A stretch of 64,000 nucleotides of DNA. Origin: a virus. Made by a program: the position numbers and the translations under genes. Shown here in pieces: positions 32,201 through 42,799 of the stretch; the stretch's first letter is position 1, and the number at the start of each line of letters is the position of its first letter. The notes below the pieces were generated by a model. That model worked only from the letters and a program-made list of their open reading frames with translations, made no database searches and was not told where the DNA came from. The stretch spans positions 100,429-164,428 of IMG/VR virus record IMGVR_UViG_3300032236_000718. One strand, 5' to 3'.

Positions 32201-33925
32201 ATGGAATTATTCGGTTTCGAGTTTAAGAGAAAATTACCTAACGACCCCATCGCTACGTTCGCTCCGAAAGAACAAGACGATGGGGCCGTAGTAGTTGCGG
32301 CAGGTGCAAGCTTCGGCACATACATCGATCTAGATGGTACAGTAAGAACAGAAGCAGAGTTAGTTACAAAATATAGAGAGATGTCCCTACAACCAGAAGT
32401 CGACGCGGCTGTCGATGAGATCGTCAACGAGACGATGGCAGTAGATGAAGACGATATCGTTGCTATTAACCTAGACAACATTGATATCAGTGATCCTCTG
32501 AAGAAAGCTATCAGAGAAGAATTTAAGAATATCCTTAACATCCTAGACTTTCAAAAGCACGCGTATGAGATCTATCGTCGTTGGTATGTAGATGGTAGAC
32601 TATACTATCACGTTCTTATTGATAAGAATGATCCTACGATGGGAATCAAGGAAGTAAGATATATTGATCCGCGTAAGATCCGCAAGGTACGTGAGATTCA
32701 AAAGCAGAAGGTGAAGGGTGACGTCACCAATGAGTCATACATACAAAAAGTACAGAACGAGTACTATGTATTCAATGACAAGGGATTTAACTACGGTAAT
32801 AAGACAGTTGGACCTGCAACATCGGGTCTAAAGATTGCTAAGGATGCAATCCTACACGTTACATCAGGCCTTACTGATACACAGGGAACTATGGTTCTCT
32901 CTTATATGCATAAAGCTATCAAGGCGCTAAACCAGCTGAGGACTCTGGAAGATGCGCTCGTCATCTACAGACTAGCTAGAGCACCAGAACGTCGTGTTTG
33001 GTACATCGACGTTGGTAACCTTCCTAAGATAAAGGCTGAGCAGTATCTAAAAGATATTATGACCAAGCACAAGAATCGTCTTATCTATGACGGCGCTACC
33101 GGTGAGGTTCGCGACGATCGTAAGTTTATGACTATGTTGGAAGATTACTGGCTACCACGTCGTGAAGGCGGTAGAGGTACAGAAGTCACTACACTTCCTG
33201 GTGGTCAGACACTCGGTCAGATGGACGACGTACTATACTTCCAAAAGAAACTTTATCAGACACTTAACGTTCCTATTAATCGCCTCAACTCAGACGCCTT
33301 GTTCTCACTCGGTCGTGCAACTGAAGTGACAAGAGACGAGCTTAAGTTTGATAGATTTATCTCACGCCTTCGCAATAAGTTTGCTGTCCTATTCACTAGA
33401 ATGCTTGAGAAGCAGCTAGTGCTTAAGCAAGTTATGTCTATAGAGGACTTTGATAATATCCAACAGGATATTAAGTATGACTTTGCTAAGGACAACTACT
33501 TCGCCGAGCTTAAGGATGGCGAGATGATTGAGAACCGTGTGAACCTAGTTCGCAATGTTCAAGAGTTCCTAGGTAAGTACTGGTCACACGAGTGGGCCCG
33601 TAAGAATATCTTGCATCAATCTGATGAGGACATCGAGGAGATGGATGAGCAGATTGACGAGGAGGCTAACTCAGGCGACGATCGCTGGAAGACTCCTATG
33701 GAGCAAGAGATGATGATGCAGGGAATGGGCGATCAGAGCCAAGACATGAATGGTCTTGCTGACGATGAAGCCACCGATGCCACTCCTGAGACTGACCAGC
33801 AAAATCAAAAGATAAGAGATGCTGAAGCTACTGTCAAGTTACTAGGTGCTAAGAAGGCAAATAGATCACTGCAGGATGAAGCTAAATATAAATCAGCAGT
33901 TCAAATCTTAGCAAAAAATAAATAA
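32201..33925 (+). CDS. gp20: portal protein gp20
   Basis: LEDALVIYRLARAPERR; MLEDYWLPRREGGRGTEVTTLPGG; start moved to ATG 32201 (GGAG SD). Confidence 0.96.
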   Translation: MELFGFEFKRKLPNDPIATFAPKEQDDGAVVVAAGASFGTYIDLDGTVRTEAELVTKYREMSLQPEVDAAVDEIVNETMAVDEDDIVAINLDNIDISDPLKKAIREEFKNILNILDFQKHAYEIYRRWYVDGRLYYHVLIDKNDPTMGIKEVRYIDPRKIRKVREIQKQKVKGDVTNESYIQKVQNEYYVFNDKGFNYGNKTVGPATSGLKIAKDAILHVTSGLTDTQGTMVLSYMHKAIKALNQLRTLEDALVIYRLARAPERRVWYIDVGNLPKIKAEQYLKDIMTKHKNRLIYDGATGEVRDDRKFMTMLEDYWLPRREGGRGTEVTTLPGGQTLGQMDDVLYFQKKLYQTLNVPINRLNSDALFSLGRATEVTRDELKFDRFISRLRNKFAVLFTRMLEKQLVLKQVMSIEDFDNIQQDIKYDFAKDNYFAELKDGEMIENRVNLVRNVQEFLGKYWSHEWARKNILHQSDEDIEEMDEQIDEEANSGDDRWKTPMEQEMMMQGMGDQSQDMNGLADDEATDATPETDQQNQKIRDAEATVKLLGAKKANRSLQDEAKYKSAVQILAKNK

Positions 33926-33934
33926 TTGGAGATT

Positions 33935-34126
33935 ATGATGACAGAATATACAACTAGCGACTTAGTGAAGTTCTCACTCGATCAAAAGCCTATCGAGTTC
34001 GAGGATGCATTTAAGTCTCTTATAACAGATAGAATAGCATCAGCCATCGACGATAAAAAGACAGAGATGGCTAAGACAGTTTTTAGCGGACAAGAAGAGG
34101 ACACAGCCGATGCCGAAGCAGCTTAA
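33935..34126 (+). CDS. putative prohead core protein (gp67-like position)
   Basis: Small acidic protein directly after gp20. Confidence 0.6.
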   Translation: MMTEYTTSDLVKFSLDQKPIEFEDAFKSLITDRIASAIDDKKTEMAKTVFSGQEEDTADAEAA

Positions 34127-35114
34127 GGACATCCTACAGGGTGTTAAGTCATCTAAGAAAGGACCTTTATCGACAGGTAAAGATCCAGGTGTCGACTATA
34201 AGCCAAAGGCTGGTGACGAGGATAAGTTCGTTGCCAAGCACGAGATCGAGGACCACGAGGATCGTGTAGGTAACGAGCCTAATGCAGGTACTAAGACTAA
34301 GTATGACTTAAACTTCTCTGATGAGAAGCGTCATGGCCACAAGAAGGGTGATGACAAGAAGGTCTACGAAGCAAAAAAAGCTGAGGACATGCAGTGCAAC
34401 CACTCTGCTAAAGGTGTTGCATGTCCGGTACACGGCATGGCAGAGTGCTATGATATGAAGACTATCAAAGAAGATGAACTAGATGAAGTGTCTTCTGATT
34501 CTCTTATGCGTTATAGACACGCAGCTGCTCCTGAGAGACGTGATCCTGAAAAAGGTGAAAAGCGTAAAGCTGGAATGAATCTTGCTCTAAAGAAAATTCT
34601 AGGCGGTGATGAACTCGGTAATAAACCAAAAGTAAAAGCTGCTGGTATGTCTAAGAAAGAAATGGGTGAAGATGTAGAGCTTGATGAAGTCTTAACTAAG
34701 TCGACAACTGCTGGTGAGACTATTCATGACTTTGTTCACTCAGATAATCCTAAGTTTGCTGGTAAGTCAAAAGAGAAGCGCAAGCAGATGGCTCTAGCTG
34801 CTTACTATAAGAAGCAGAATGAAGAGACAATTCAAGAGGCTGTTCCTCGCGGTGACTCTGATGGAGCCGAGGAGATGGTTAAGTCAGAGCTAAAGGCACT
34901 TGCCAACAAGGCAATGCACCTCGCTATGGCTATGCCGCAAGGAATGCACGTTGAGCCTTGGGTACAAGCCAAGATTGCTCAAGCAAAGAGTTATGTGTCT
35001 GATGTGCACGACTATATGATCTTTGGTGATCACCCTGATGAGGAAGATGAGCAAGCACCGGCTGACACACCAATGACATTTCCGTCGTCAACTGTAGACA
35101 CAGGTAGGATATAA
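34110..35114 (+). CDS. putative internal head/prohead protein
   Basis: Highly charged; repeated ELDE/IQE/VYE sites; between gp20 and gp21. Confidence 0.6.
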   Translation: MPKQLKDILQGVKSSKKGPLSTGKDPGVDYKPKAGDEDKFVAKHEIEDHEDRVGNEPNAGTKTKYDLNFSDEKRHGHKKGDDKKVYEAKKAEDMQCNHSAKGVACPVHGMAECYDMKTIKEDELDEVSSDSLMRYRHAAAPERRDPEKGEKRKAGMNLALKKILGGDELGNKPKVKAAGMSKKEMGEDVELDEVLTKSTTAGETIHDFVHSDNPKFAGKSKEKRKQMALAAYYKKQNEETIQEAVPRGDSDGAEEMVKSELKALANKAMHLAMAMPQGMHVEPWVQAKIAQAKSYVSDVHDYMIFGDHPDEEDEQAPADTPMTFPSSTVDTGRI

Positions 35115-35116
35115 GC

Positions 35117-35395
35117 ATGACTCACATTTTAAAGCCATTAGCATTAGAAGCAGTATGTAATACTATTACAACTAACACATATAATGCTGCTACTCTAGTC
35201 AGAGTCACAACAATTGGATCATCGACAGCTAGTCACCTTGTCACCTGCTACTATGCAAACAACTCAGCTAAATATAGCATCAGTGTTGTCGGTGGTCAAG
35301 AAGTTCTGCTAATTAAGAATCCAACAGACTATCTCTCATCTAATGCAACTGACTCATCTGTACAGGTAGTTCCTGTAGCATTCACCGGAGCATAA
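35117..35395 (+). CDS. hypothetical protein
   Basis: 92 aa ORF within head operon. Confidence 0.6.
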   Translation: MTHILKPLALEAVCNTITTNTYNAATLVRVTTIGSSTASHLVTCYYANNSAKYSISVVGGQEVLLIKNPTDYLSSNATDSSVQVVPVAFTGA

Positions 35396-35396
35396 G

Positions 35397-36065
35397 ATGA
35401 AGTTAATCACAGAGTTATTTGAGGAACTAGAGTATATCACCGAGGCTAGAGAGTCTGGTGAGAAAGAACACTATATACATGGTGTGTTCCTTCAGGCAAA
35501 TGTTAAGAACCGCAATGGTCGTCGCTACCCTGCACACATTATGGAAAATGAAGTTAATCGCTATATGGATGATGTCGTAAAGAAGTCACGTGCATATGGC
35601 GAGCTGGGTCACCCACAGGGTCCCAGCATTAATCTAGATCGCGTGTCTCATATTATTGTTGACTTACAAAGAGACGGCGACAATTGGATCGGTAAGGCCA
35701 AATTAACGGATACACCGATGGGTAACATAGCCAAGGGTCTAATGAAGTCAGGCGCTAATCTCGGCGTCTCGTCTCGTGGCCTTGGATCACTTAAGCCATC
35801 TAAGGATGGTGTGATGGAAGTTCAGAACGACTTCCGTCTTGCAACTGCAGCTGACATTGTCGCTGATCCATCTGCACCAGATGCTTATGTTAAGGGCATC
35901 ATGGAGAATGTAGAATGGCTATATGATCCTGTAAAGGATACATGGTTGGAAGAAAAATTAGACAACACGAAGAAGATGATTCATAAGATGAGCAAATCAA
36001 CACTCGATGAGAGTAAGATGGCGATCTTCGAGGACTATCTGAATTCTTTGGCGTTTAAGAGATAA
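35397..36065 (+). CDS. gp21: prohead protease gp21
   Basis: KNRNGRRY; GELGHP; GVSSRGLGSL; DIVADPSAPDA. Confidence 0.95.
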   Translation: MKLITELFEELEYITEARESGEKEHYIHGVFLQANVKNRNGRRYPAHIMENEVNRYMDDVVKKSRAYGELGHPQGPSINLDRVSHIIVDLQRDGDNWIGKAKLTDTPMGNIAKGLMKSGANLGVSSRGLGSLKPSKDGVMEVQNDFRLATAADIVADPSAPDAYVKGIMENVEWLYDPVKDTWLEEKLDNTKKMIHKMSKSTLDESKMAIFEDYLNSLAFKR

Positions 36066-36069
36066 TTTT

Positions 36070-36077
36070 TATAAATA
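36070..36077 (+). promoter_or_regulatory. late promoter TATAAATA
   Basis: Consensus upstream of gp22. Confidence 0.75.
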
Positions 36078-36104
36078 ATTACAAATTCTAGAAGGAGACC
36101 TTAA

Positions 36105-37172
36105 ATGTCTAACGAAAATACAGAGATTACAGAAGTGGAAGATACTGTTCTCGACGAGGGAACTGCCGCTGCTGATTCGCTACGTCCAGCTGCTCGCTCG
36201 GTTGCCGACCCTAAGTCGAAGATCGAAGTGATTCAACACGCTATTGGTCACATGCATGCCATGAAGAAGGAAGACCTTGTAAAGTGGTATCACGAGACAA
36301 TGGCTCAGTTTGGTCCTGGTAAGGATCACGGTGTTGGCAATCATGAAGCAAGCAATGAAGCTTCGATTCGCATGAAGCCATCACACGCTGTAAGCTCAAA
36401 GGGTCCAATGCCTAATATGCCTATGCCAAAGCTTGGTGTTAAGGAAGATGTCGAAGAGATGTTTGCTGGTCAAGATGATCTCTCGGAAGAGTTCAAGGAA
36501 AAGGCTACAACAATATTCGAAGCTGCTGTCAACGCTCGCGCGACTCTTGAGGTTGCACGTCTTGAGGAAGAGTATGAGCTCAGCCTCAATGAAGCTGTTG
36601 AGAGCATTATGGAAGAAGTAACAAACAAGGTAGACACCTATCTCGACTACGTAGTTGAGAACTGGATGAAGGAAAATGAAGTTGCTGTTGAGTCGACACT
36701 CCGCAATGAACTCGTTGCTGACTTTATCGAAGGTATGAAGGGTCTATTTGCAGAACACTATATCGATGTCCCACAAGACAAGGTAGATGTTCTCGAGACA
36801 ATGGCCGAGAAGGTCGAAGAGCTCGAGGGCAAGCACGACGCATTGATCGCCGAGAACGTAGAGCTTAAGAAAGCTTTCGTTGAGGTAGAGAAAGAGAGAC
36901 TATTAGATTCCATGATGGAAGACCTAGCTCTCTCGCAGCAAGAGAAGTTCGCCGCTCTCTCAGAGGGAATCGACTTTGATGGTGACTTAGGTACATATCA
37001 GAAGAAGCTCTCTATCATTAAGGAGAACTATTTCGGATCTGACAAGAAGGCACCTGCTTCTACAAATATTGTAGAAGAGACATTTGAAGGTGAGACTTCA
37101 ACTGAGACCGTACACTTAGACCCAACAGTCAGCAAGTACGTTCAGGCTATCTCGAGATCAATTAAAAAGTAA
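36105..37172 (+). CDS. gp22: prohead scaffold protein gp22
   Basis: LSEEFKEKATTIFEAAV; VDTYLDYVVENW; LFAEHYIDVP. Confidence 0.92.
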   Translation: MSNENTEITEVEDTVLDEGTAAADSLRPAARSVADPKSKIEVIQHAIGHMHAMKKEDLVKWYHETMAQFGPGKDHGVGNHEASNEASIRMKPSHAVSSKGPMPNMPMPKLGVKEDVEEMFAGQDDLSEEFKEKATTIFEAAVNARATLEVARLEEEYELSLNEAVESIMEEVTNKVDTYLDYVVENWMKENEVAVESTLRNELVADFIEGMKGLFAEHYIDVPQDKVDVLETMAEKVEELEGKHDALIAENVELKKAFVEVEKERLLDSMMEDLALSQQEKFAALSEGIDFDGDLGTYQKKLSIIKENYFGSDKKAPASTNIVEETFEGETSTETVHLDPTVSKYVQAISRSIKK

Positions 37173-37178
37173 CACTTA

Positions 37179-37186
37179 TATAAATA
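37179..37186 (+). promoter_or_regulatory. late promoter TATAAATA
   Basis: Consensus upstream of gp23. Confidence 0.8.
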
Positions 37187-37218
37187 AAATACGTCCTAGA
37201 TAAGAAAAGGAGACACTA

Positions 37219-38619
37219 ATGTATCTAGCTGAGGAAGTCCAAAAGAAGTGGCAGCCAATTCTGGAGCACTCGGATCTACCAAAGATCCAAGACCAGACAC
37301 GCCGCTCTGTAACTGCAGTAATGCTCGAGAACACCGAGCAAGCCGTCCGTGAAGCAAGTGCTCACGGTGGTTATTCAACCCTTAACGAAACCGTTTCGGC
37401 TACCCCTGTTAACTTCATGGGTACATCGAGCTCGGCAGCTGGCGCTGGTGGCATTGACACCTTCGACCCAGTATTGATCTCGCTCGTTCGTCGTGCAATG
37501 CCTAACCTCATTGCTTATGACATCTGCGGTGTTCAGCCAATGACAGGTCCAACCGGCCTTATCTTCGCAATGCGCTCGCGCTATGCTAACCAGACCGGCG
37601 GAAATGGCTATGCCAACCTCGCTGTTCAAGATAACGAAACCTTCTACAACGAAGTTAATACAGCGTTCTCGACTGGTACAAATGCTCTATCGGGTAACTC
37701 GACCTTCGGTCAGGGTGCATTCGGTACAATCCCAGGTCAGACAAACACCACCCCAATGGTGAACACTGCTACCTATAACACTGGTTCGGCTATCCCAACA
37801 GCTCTTGCTGAGTCGCTTGGTGTTGACTCTGGTAACAACTTCAACCAGATGGCATTCACAATTGAGAAGGTAACTGTCACTGCTAAGACACGTGCCCTCA
37901 AGGCTGAATACACCATGGAGCTTGCTCAGGATCTTAAGGCAATTCACGGCCTTGACGCTGAGACAGAGCTAACAAACATCCTCTCGTCTGAAATCCTTGC
38001 GGAAATCAATCGTGAAGTTGTTCGTACAATCAACATCACTGCTGTCTCTGGTGCTCAAGAAAACACAACAACTGCTGGTGTGTTCGATCTTGATACCGAC
38101 TCTAACGGTCGTTGGTCAGTTGAAAAGTTCAAGGGTCTTATGTTCCAGCTTGAGCGCGAAGCTAACCAAATTGCCAAGCAGACACGTCGTGGCAAGGGTA
38201 ACATCGTCATCTGCTCGTCGGACGTTGCTTCGGCTCTTCAGATGGCTGGTGTTCTTGACTACACACCTGCTCTTAATAGCAACAACCTACAAGTTGACGA
38301 CACGGGTAACACCTTCGCAGGTGTTCTAAACGGTCGCCTACGTGTTTACATTGATCCATATGCAATCGGTGGTAACTACCTCACCGTTGGTTATAAGGGT
38401 TCTTCGGCATTCGATGCCGGTCTGTTCTACTGCCCATACGTTCCTCTACAGATGGTTCGTGCGGTTGATCAGTCAACCTTCCAACCAAAGATTGGCTTCA
38501 AGACTCGTTACGGAATGGTTGCAAATCCATTCGCTGAGGGTCTTACCAAGGGCGCTGGCGAGCTTGCTTTCAATACTAACAAGTATTATCGCCGTATTGT
38601 TGTTAACAATCTTATGTGA
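37219..38619 (+). CDS. gp23: major capsid protein gp23
   Basis: DPVLISLVRRAMPNLIAYDICGVQPMTGPTGLIFA; ELAQDLKAIHGLDAE; FQPKIGFKTRYG. Confidence 0.98.
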   Translation: MYLAEEVQKKWQPILEHSDLPKIQDQTRRSVTAVMLENTEQAVREASAHGGYSTLNETVSATPVNFMGTSSSAAGAGGIDTFDPVLISLVRRAMPNLIAYDICGVQPMTGPTGLIFAMRSRYANQTGGNGYANLAVQDNETFYNEVNTAFSTGTNALSGNSTFGQGAFGTIPGQTNTTPMVNTATYNTGSAIPTALAESLGVDSGNNFNQMAFTIEKVTVTAKTRALKAEYTMELAQDLKAIHGLDAETELTNILSSEILAEINREVVRTINITAVSGAQENTTTAGVFDLDTDSNGRWSVEKFKGLMFQLEREANQIAKQTRRGKGNIVICSSDVASALQMAGVLDYTPALNSNNLQVDDTGNTFAGVLNGRLRVYIDPYAIGGNYLTVGYKGSSAFDAGLFYCPYVPLQMVRAVDQSTFQPKIGFKTRYGMVANPFAEGLTKGAGELAFNTNKYYRRIVVNNLM

Positions 38620-38652
38620 TTTAAAAAGATCTGGGTTAACCAGACAGAAACT

Positions 38653-38678
38653 AGGCGGCCTACGGGCCGCCTTTTTTT
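38653..38678 (+). terminator. rho-independent terminator after gp23
   Basis: AGGCGGCC-TACG-GGCCGCCT followed by T-run. Confidence 0.9.
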
Positions 38679-38756
38679 ATGTACATTACCGTAATAGTGT
38701 GTATAATAGGTATTAAGCCTCTGTGATAAATAGGTATACAATGACCGGAGACAAAT

Positions 38757-39278
38757 ATGTCAGCACTTGATAGTACCCCATTAAACAAGAACTTTTTAAG
38801 TCCACTTAACTTTGAGTTCTCGTTACAGAGGGCACCGCATCTTAACTTCTTCATTCAGTCGATTAATCTGCCAGGTGTCTCATTCATGAACCCGTTGCAG
38901 CCAACACCATTCTCAAACATCCCTCAGACGGGTGATAGACTATACTTTGACGACTTATCAGTTGTATATAAGGTCGATGAAGACTTACAGAACTATCTAG
39001 AAGTCTTTAACTGGATAACTGAGTTGGGATTCCCTGCAGACTTTACACAGTATCAGGCAATTGCTACCAAGTCAATAGCTTCAGGCACAGGACTTAGATC
39101 CGATATAACTCTTCTAATACAGAATAGCTTAAAGGTTGCTAACTTCCAAGTTAATTTTAGAGAATGTATTCCTGTCGCAATAGGACCGCTACAGTTTAGC
39201 TCTACTGATGATACTGTCAATTTTATGACATGTAGTGTTACCTTTAGATATATGTTCTACGAGTTAAGTAAAATATAG
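38757..39278 (+). CDS. gp3: tail tube terminator gp3
   Basis: NFLSPLNFEF; FFIQSINLPG; KVDEDLQNYLEVFNWI. Confidence 0.88.
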   Translation: MSALDSTPLNKNFLSPLNFEFSLQRAPHLNFFIQSINLPGVSFMNPLQPTPFSNIPQTGDRLYFDDLSVVYKVDEDLQNYLEVFNWITELGFPADFTQYQAIATKSIASGTGLRSDITLLIQNSLKVANFQVNFRECIPVAIGPLQFSSTDDTVNFMTCSVTFRYMFYELSKI

Positions 39279-39279
39279 T

Positions 39280-39308
39280 TGTACATTAATAATATTGTAT
39301 GATATAGT
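39280..39308 (+). promoter_or_regulatory. pre-replicative promoter TGTACA-N17-TATAGT
   Basis: Member of a repeated motif family; upstream of uvsY. Confidence 0.7.
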
Positions 39309-39349
39309 AAAACTATAATTACATTATGGTTGTCCCGGAGTAGTATAAA

Positions 39350-39784
39350 GTGAAGATTGAAGATATATTTGCATTATGGGAAGCCGATAGCAAGATTGAC
39401 CGTACCGAGTTGTCGGATGAGTCTTTAAAGATACCTCAGCTTCATCATAAGTATTATAAGATCTTTACAAATGAGAGACTCTTACTAAGAAAGCTTGAGG
39501 CTGACTCGAAGATACTAAAGTTAGAGAAGTATGAGTTCTACACTCAGGGTCACACTAAAGAGACTCAAGAGAAGGGATGGGAACTTCCTGCAAGAGGAAT
39601 GATTCTCAAGGCAGATCTTCCAATGTATATGGAGTCTGATAAAGAGATCATTGAGCTTAACCTTAAGATCGGTTATCAGTTAGAGAAGATAGAATTGTTA
39701 GAGAATATTATTAAGACTATTTCAAATCGTGGATTCCAGATTAAAAATGCAATTGATTGGAACAAATTTATTCAGGGCGGATAA
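39350..39784 (+). CDS. uvsY: recombination mediator UvsY
   Basis: WEADSKID; ESLKIPQLHHKY; RGFQIKNAIDW. Confidence 0.92.
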   Translation: MKIEDIFALWEADSKIDRTELSDESLKIPQLHHKYYKIFTNERLLLRKLEADSKILKLEKYEFYTQGHTKETQEKGWELPARGMILKADLPMYMESDKEIIELNLKIGYQLEKIELLENIIKTISNRGFQIKNAIDWNKFIQGG

Positions 39785-41226
39785 TGGAATTAATACAGTT
39801 AAAGAAGATTAATGAGACCTACAATAAGGTTATATGTGATCCTGGTGTAGCCTATGAGTTAAGAGAGCACTTTACGTTTGACGTTCCAGGTGCTAAGTTC
39901 ATGCCTGCATTTCGTAACAAGATGTGGGATGGGAAGATCAGACTATTCAATCATATGTCCTGCCAACTCTATGGTGGATTGAATATCTACCTAGAGAAGT
40001 TTTGTCGTGACCGTGGATATGAGTTAGAGTTCCTAGACGACTTTGCAGCAGAGAACTTTTCTCTTATGGATGCAGAGGAAGAAGTAAAGAGTTTTGATCT
40101 CGCTATACAACCTAGAGACTATCAAGTATCTGCATTTGCCCATGCTGTTCGTAATAGGAGAAGCATTCTACTATCACCTACAGGATCTGGAAAATCCCTA
40201 ATCATATATCTACTATTGAGACACTACATTGCGCGTACTCTTATCATTGTTCCAACTACTTCTCTTGTTAGTCAACTCGCTACTGACTTCAGGGATTATG
40301 GTTTTGATTCTGATAATGACGTTCATAGAATATATTCAGGACAAGATAAATGGTCAGATAGATGGATTACAATATCTACCTGGCAATCGATTTACAAACT
40401 TGATAAAGAGTTTTTTAAAAGATTTGACCTAGTCATAGGTGACGAGGTTCACTTATTCACAGCCAAGTCTCTGCAGTCGATTATGGCAAAGCTCGATCAC
40501 TGTAAGTATAGATTTGGATTGACAGGAACACTCGATGGTACCAAGACACATAGGTACGTGCTTGAGGGACTATTTGGTCCTGTCAAGAAGGTTACCACTA
40601 CAGCAGAGCTTATTGAAAATAAACACCTATCTAATTTTAGAATTAAAGCAATATTACTACAGTATCCACCAACTGTCAGGCAGATACTAAGTAATGCTGA
40701 CTACCAGACAGAGATGGACTGGCTTGTCAAGTGTGAGCAGAGAAATACATTTATTAAAAATCTTGCCCTTTCTTTGAAGGGTAACACACTTTTATTGTTT
40801 CAATATGTCGAGAAACATGGTAAGATACTATATGATGACTTAGCCAAGACAGGTCGTAAAGTATTCTACGTCGCAGGAAGTGTTGATGGTGAAGACCGTG
40901 AGGCTATTAGAAAGCTTGTAGAGTCAGAAGACAACTGTATTATTGTTGCCAGTTATGGAACATTCTCGACAGGCGTCAACATCAAAAGACTTCATAACAT
41001 CATCTTTGGATCTCCATCCAAGTCTAGGGTTAGAAACCTTCAGTCTATTGGTAGAGCATTAAGAACGGCAGATGATAAAGAAATGGCTACTCTATATGAT
41101 ATAGCCGATGATATGACTTATAAGAAGAAACAGAATACTACTTTAAAGCACTTCGCTGAGAGAATTAAGATCTATAATGAGGAGCAATTCAAGTACAAGA
41201 CCTATACAGTAAAGTTAGAGGTATAA
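39784..41226 (+). CDS. uvsW: DNA helicase UvsW
   Basis: SPTGSGKS; DEVH; STGVNIKRLHN; LQSIGRALR; start set at ATG 39784. Confidence 0.95.
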   Translation: MELIQLKKINETYNKVICDPGVAYELREHFTFDVPGAKFMPAFRNKMWDGKIRLFNHMSCQLYGGLNIYLEKFCRDRGYELEFLDDFAAENFSLMDAEEEVKSFDLAIQPRDYQVSAFAHAVRNRRSILLSPTGSGKSLIIYLLLRHYIARTLIIVPTTSLVSQLATDFRDYGFDSDNDVHRIYSGQDKWSDRWITISTWQSIYKLDKEFFKRFDLVIGDEVHLFTAKSLQSIMAKLDHCKYRFGLTGTLDGTKTHRYVLEGLFGPVKKVTTTAELIENKHLSNFRIKAILLQYPPTVRQILSNADYQTEMDWLVKCEQRNTFIKNLALSLKGNTLLLFQYVEKHGKILYDDLAKTGRKVFYVAGSVDGEDREAIRKLVESEDNCIIVASYGTFSTGVNIKRLHNIIFGSPSKSRVRNLQSIGRALRTADDKEMATLYDIADDMTYKKKQNTTLKHFAERIKIYNEEQFKYKTYTVKLEV

Positions 41227-41229
41227 TAA

Positions 41230-41790
41230 ATGACAGTCAAAGCAACTAGACCAAGAAAACACTATGTTAACAACAAGACCATGTATGAGGAAATGGTTAA
41301 GTACAAGGAAGCTTGTAAGTTAGCAGAGGAAGAAGGTCGACCAAGACCACAGATTCCAAGATATATAGGTGAGTGTCTGCTTCTTATATGTAAGAAGTTA
41401 TCGACGAAGCCTAACTTTATGAACTACTCTTACAGAGATGACATGATATCAGATGGCATTGAGAACTGTGTTGCCTCGGTTAGCAACTTTGATCCAACAA
41501 GAACACAAAACCCATTTGCTTACTTTACTCAGATTGCTTGGAATGCTTTCATTCGTAGGATCACAATGGAGAAGAAGCAATCTTATATCAAGCATAAGAA
41601 TTATCAGAATACATTCCTTATGGAAGATCATATGGATGGTGCAGTAATGAATACGAACGAGCATACTGATAATGTGATTAGAGCTTTTGAAGATAAGATT
41701 GCGGCAGCTAAACTTGAGAAGAAAAAGAAGTTGGAGATGGTTAATGAAGGTAGCACTGATAACGGACACACATTGGGGGATTCGCAATGA
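41230..41790 (+). CDS. gp55: late-transcription sigma factor gp55
   Basis: HYVNNK; YIGEC; PNFMNYSYRDDMISDGIENC; NPFAYFTQI. Confidence 0.95.
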   Translation: MTVKATRPRKHYVNNKTMYEEMVKYKEACKLAEEEGRPRPQIPRYIGECLLLICKKLSTKPNFMNYSYRDDMISDGIENCVASVSNFDPTRTQNPFAYFTQIAWNAFIRRITMEKKQSYIKHKNYQNTFLMEDHMDGAVMNTNEHTDNVIRAFEDKIAAAKLEKKKKLEMVNEGSTDNGHTLGDSQ

Positions 41791-42799
41791 CAACATCGCC
41801 TTCATTGACAACACCAAACGTTTCCTCGATGATATATTCTTCCCTACCCTACTTCGTGATGGGATCAGCGATGTGTGGCATCTGGGCGACTTGGTTGATC
41901 GCCGCAAATACATCAACTTTCTCACAGCTAAACGCCTTAGGGAAGATTTCCTAGAGCCACTCTATAAAAATAATATCAGCATGAAGATAATTGCTGGTAA
42001 TCATGATGTCTTTTATAAAAATACAAATGGTGTCAATGCATTAGACGAAATGCTGGCTGGAAAATATGGTGTAGAGATATATAAAAATCCTACTGAGATA
42101 AACTTTCATGGCACTAAGGTATTATTCTTACCATGGATAAATGATGAGAACCGTGAGGAGTCACTTAATGCCATTAAAACCACGCAAGCAAAAACTGTAC
42201 TTGGACACTTGGAGTTACAGGGCTTCGAGATGTTTCGAGGTAGTATTAACTCTCATGGAGACGATCCTAGTATTTTTGGCCGCTTCGATCGCGTCTTTAG
42301 TGGGCATTATCATCATCGTTCTACCAATGGTAATATTAGCTATCTTGGCAGTCATGCTGAGTTCACGTGGTCTGATTATGATGACCCTCGCGGCTTTCAT
42401 ATATTTGATACTGACACAGGCTCACTAGAGTTTATTCAAAACCCATACAATATGTTTACTAAGATATGGTATGATGACAGTAAAGACTTTAAGCCTACTG
42501 TTGATATTGATAAGATCAAGGGCAGAATAGTCAAGGTCATTGTAAAGAATAAGACTAATCCATACTTGTTCGATGTATTGATATCTAAGATTGAGGCAGC
42601 TCAGCCTCTCAATCTTCAGATCGTAGAGGATAATCTAAATCTAGATCTTGAGACTGATGATAATATTGTCAATGAGGCAGAGTCTACAATCGATATCTTT
42701 AAGAAATATATTGACCAAATAAATTCAGCTGGTGTAAATAAAGCTAGACTAGAGACTACAATTGTTAATCTATACAATGAGGCATTGAATATAGCATGA
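41744..42799 (+). CDS. gp47: recombination nuclease gp47 (Mre11-like)
   Basis: ITDTHWG; HLGDLVD; GNHD; SGHYH; ATG 41744 with GGAG SD. Confidence 0.94.
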   Translation: MKVALITDTHWGIRNDNIAFIDNTKRFLDDIFFPTLLRDGISDVWHLGDLVDRRKYINFLTAKRLREDFLEPLYKNNISMKIIAGNHDVFYKNTNGVNALDEMLAGKYGVEIYKNPTEINFHGTKVLFLPWINDENREESLNAIKTTQAKTVLGHLELQGFEMFRGSINSHGDDPSIFGRFDRVFSGHYHHRSTNGNISYLGSHAEFTWSDYDDPRGFHIFDTDTGSLEFIQNPYNMFTKIWYDDSKDFKPTVDIDKIKGRIVKVIVKNKTNPYLFDVLISKIEAAQPLNLQIVEDNLNLDLETDDNIVNEAESTIDIFKKYIDQINSAGVNKARLETTIVNLYNEALNIA

